A DNA stretch of 63,988 nt, the filler included, from Catajapyx aquilonaris (Eukaryota): assembly GCA_000934665.2 (NCBI GenBank). It is 3 parts of 3 records of this genome, joined end to end, with 100 filler letters (N's around TTAATTAATTAA, not from the genome) between each part and the next. Parts side by side here need not be neighbours in the genome. Positions count along the whole stretch, not along the records: positions 42,946 to 63,988 come from JYFJ02006141.1; 2 more parts are not named here. One strand, 5' to 3'. Below, in pieces: positions 60,508 through 63,988 of this stretch. Within the stretch, counting starts at the first letter, position 1. Each line of letters starts with the position of its first letter. The translations under genes and the position numbers were made by a program. The notes under the pieces are model-generated. The model worked only from the letters and a program-made list of their open reading frames with translations, was not told the DNA's origin and made no database searches.

Positions 60508-63500
60508 CGATTGTGAAGTATCTTAAGTTTTGCGACATTGTATTGTAATTAAATGAATTGCAGCGAAAGCTGATGTATGAGTATAACAGAGAAGACTCCC
60601 GGAAACACAGGAAGTGTAAGGGAAATAAACAACTTACTGTACTTACTTACTTACTATACCGCCAAACAGCCTCCACCCGGCTCACACATTTAGTGGCATT
60701 GTTAAAAGGCCTAATTATTATTATTAGAATCCGAAGATCATCGACCACTGTAATTGGAGATCTGACAGCAGGACCGGAAGCCCTGATTCAACTGACCAGA
60801 CGGAAATACCCCCAGCCAGGTAATACAAACCGGTAATACAAACACCGTCGAAAACCCCCAAAGTGGACGGTCATCCGGGTATGGCTTTGTGATGGTTTTG
60901 AGGAAGGGCATGGCCGAGGCTGCGTTGGCGGCAGTGCCACATGACATTGACGGCAGGAGCGTAACAGTGATGCTTCATGCGCTTAACAAGTATGCGGCTG
61001 TCATATCCCTATTGCACCGGTAACCTTGAAATGCACACAAGAATTTTTTGAAAAACAACTCAACAGAATGCAGTTGTTACACCTCTTGAGTTAATTGAGA
61101 CCCCAAAGCACAGCAATGACATTTAAATTCCATTTTCATACATAGCAGTGCATCTGGTGCAGCAGTGGAGGGCAATGTCATCTAAAGGCCAGCGGGAGGT
61201 GCAGACCAGGCAGGAGGGCAACTATCACACAGGTCCCACTAACAGCAACACCAATGACACAGCCGACTGAGGATGCCCCTACGATACGGAACTCTCGTCG
61301 TACGCAAGCCAGACATTCGCAAAGGAGACGCGATGACAGGTTACTGATAAATATGCATTGCCATAATAAAAACCTTGCATGTAAAAGGTTAGTAAATGCA
61401 AAGGGACCGGACAGTAGCAGCATTTTTTGGTAAAATTATGGGAATGCGGGTTGCAGCCTTGTTGCATAAAACTGTTAAAAGTAGGCCACAAAAAACACCG
61501 ACTAAGTCCTTTCAAGTCCTTCACCTCTCATAATGGACAGACCTTTATGACAATCTTTCTTTTGCAGAGGCCAACTTCGGAAATTATCAAGACCACATCC
61601 ACTGATCCTTGTCCAGAGTGTGGACCAGGATAACCTGAACGGCAGAACCATCATTGAAGTCATTGCAGAGGGAACACCATACTCTCCGACCGCAAAGTGG
61701 CTGCGTTCCTAGCCCCGCACTCGGTGTTTCGCATCAAATATTACAAGCCGATAAGCACTATCGGGGCATGGGAGCAGGTGTTTGGTCTAAATATATTTAC
61801 TAAGGAGAGGAGTCGTGTTGAGGAGGAAATTGTGTCCCTGCTGCCATTGGATCTTTGCCACTCTGGTGAAATCAGCAAAATCGTGAACAGAAAGTGCTGC
61901 AAACAAAATCCTATCACAGATCAAGCCCTTACGGAGTCTTCCAAGCCCACTGATAGACCTGTCCTTCCTTCCACCTCCAGACCTACAGTGCTGCAGTAGA
62001 GAAAGTCCTTGCTCTTCCGTCCCTGTCAGAAGTACCGCCATGTAAAGATGACAGAAAGGCAATGGATCTGGGAAGCAAAAGGCAAGTACCGAAGACTGGA
62101 CATGTGGAGATTGTCGGCCTGTTCAGTTCAGACCACAGTGACCAAAACGGTGCCAAATGGATTACATGCTGTTGTTTTTTTTTGTTGTTTATTATATCAC
62201 TTTCCATCAGCTGTGCCAAGGGGTGGAAGACTATAATGATGGATGTGCTCAAATTGTTGCAAATTATTAGCAGTTGTCCCACATTGCAGTTTTTTTAAAT
62301 AATTATTTGTCGGCGGCGACAGTAAGACCCCGAAAAATGACATGACCTTTCGACGTCTCACAAAGCAACTGGATCATTCTTGAAAAGTTAAACGCCTTGC
62401 ACAGCCAGTTCATCTGGCATGTCTATAGGTGCCAGGTGGCCAGGAAGCAACAGTTGAAATTGTCAAGTAAATTTAGTTGATGAACGCGTAAAACTCATTG
62501 AAGATATCTCCAAGTATATCGGAATCTAGTTCTCTAAATTCTTTCACCATTTTTTGAAATCTGTCTATTTATTGACTTTTCATTGTTTCTGCCAAAAATT
62601 CGATTGTCTTTTTAAATGCCAGTATGCTATACTTAATCACGACATCAAAAACAATTACTGCTTTTCCTTGAAGGTAGAGACTAAAGTCATAAATGAATTG
62701 AAGAATTCATTTTTTTCCAACCTCTTCGTGGAGCACTTAGAGAAGCATCGCGGAGCACAGTTTGGGAACCACTTGAATAGAGAAAGAAAACATCAGATTC
62801 ACTCGGAGGCCTCCGACCCATCATGGGTCATCAGTTGTGGCGATTGGCACCTCTCTGCCATGGGTTCCAATTCCTCAAGCTTTAATAGAAAATTTTTGTT
62901 GCCAATAATAATTTGCATCCATAAAATGCAGAGCCATCCTAGTCCCATTTAATCATTTTTTTAAAATAATTATAGCATCCTGTGTAAGCTGAGTATAGTA
63001 TCATCACATTACAGGTGAAAGCAGTAGGCTATGGCTTTCACAATTGAAAGTGTAGTCAAGTGGATTGTTGATTGTGTTGCCGAACACCTTAATACAGAGT
63101 GGGCGACATTCATGAGACAAACCAATCAACGCCTGGGATTTATTGAGGAAAGGATGAAAGTCTCTGATCAAGTAAGGAATTTTATGGCCATGAGAAACTA
63201 TTTTCCTTGCTGTATGCCAGATGTAAATAATTTAAACAACTCATTCTTTGGGTTACTTCTGTTCATGATATAAAATGCACAGTGGTGCATTAATATATCT
63301 GATCAGAGTTAATTAATAACCTTAACTTGTGTCATCAATCTGAGTGGACAGTTGCTGGTGGTTTGATGATAATTTATAAAGATGTTATGTTCAGTTTGGT
63401 ATTTAAATTGAAAAACTGCTACATCGCAGGCAGCTACGATGACCAAAAGTTTCCCACTCGTAGAATCGCCAATATGGATGAGGAGGATAAAATAATGATT

Positions 63501-63988
63501 CACGAAGCGGCTCTACTTGAATCCTAGGCAAAGGATTTGCTTTTGCAATTTCCTACTCAATGTTTCGGAATGGCATAAGTACACTGATTTGAGTGTTGCC
63601 GAGTCACGTGCATTACAAGATAAGGAGACGATATTGTGTACAATGTCGGGCTTTGACGTCTCTGCTACCAAGTGTTGCCATAAGGCTATCATTTTGTTGT
63701 ACCAGTGAGCAGAAAAAAGGGAAATAAACAGATGACTCATTTGTACTAGGCCTAGTAGTGATGGCAGATATGATAAAGTGCACAGTTTTTTCTCTGCTAC
63801 TCACTAGGATGGTTTCACAAATGCATTACATTTATTTCGTAGCATGAGAGTGACATCAATGAAAATTAATAGATCAGATCAGAATCATTTTATGTGCCAT
63901 AATGACCCACCAGAAGATAAAAGATGGCTGGAGACCAGGGCGAACTGGGGCCGTCACACTAGCTAATTCGATGAATACCTCATTGACG

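Overview
Eukaryotic (arthropod-type, intron-rich) genomic DNA in three segments joined by artificial 100-bp spacers (44 N + TTAATTAATTAA + 44 N at 21372-21471 and 42846-42945), so adjacency across the gaps is unverified. Segment 1 (1-21371) holds a neuronal ankyrin gene (Ank2/unc-44 type, minus strand). Its 15 phase-consistent exons run from MVTEGAPS at 17736 through the ankyrin repeats to ZU5. They include an 18-nt microexon and an intron-read-through tail ending [10 protein letters not shown] at 2106 (about 1159 aa short isoform). Segment 2 (21472-42845) holds four N-terminal exons of an unidentified gene starting MVNTRS (possibly ATAD2-like), a chain of apparently non-coding exons with intronic snoRNA-like candidates, and the 3' half of COP9 signalosome subunit 1 (with a GC-AG intron). 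These sit among many Tc1/mariner-, hAT- and Sola-type MITEs, long palindromic elements and tRNA-derived SINEs. Segment 3 (42946-63988) is mostly decayed transposon debris (MULE-, hAT-, Sola-, ISL2EU/Harbinger-, P-like and LINE remnants) plus one SINE. No CRISPR arrays, rRNA or true tRNA genes were found. No clearly new system can be proven from the sequence alone. The best leads are the Ank2 alternative tail and microexons, the putative non-coding host transcript, and a SINE set sharing one 3' tail.
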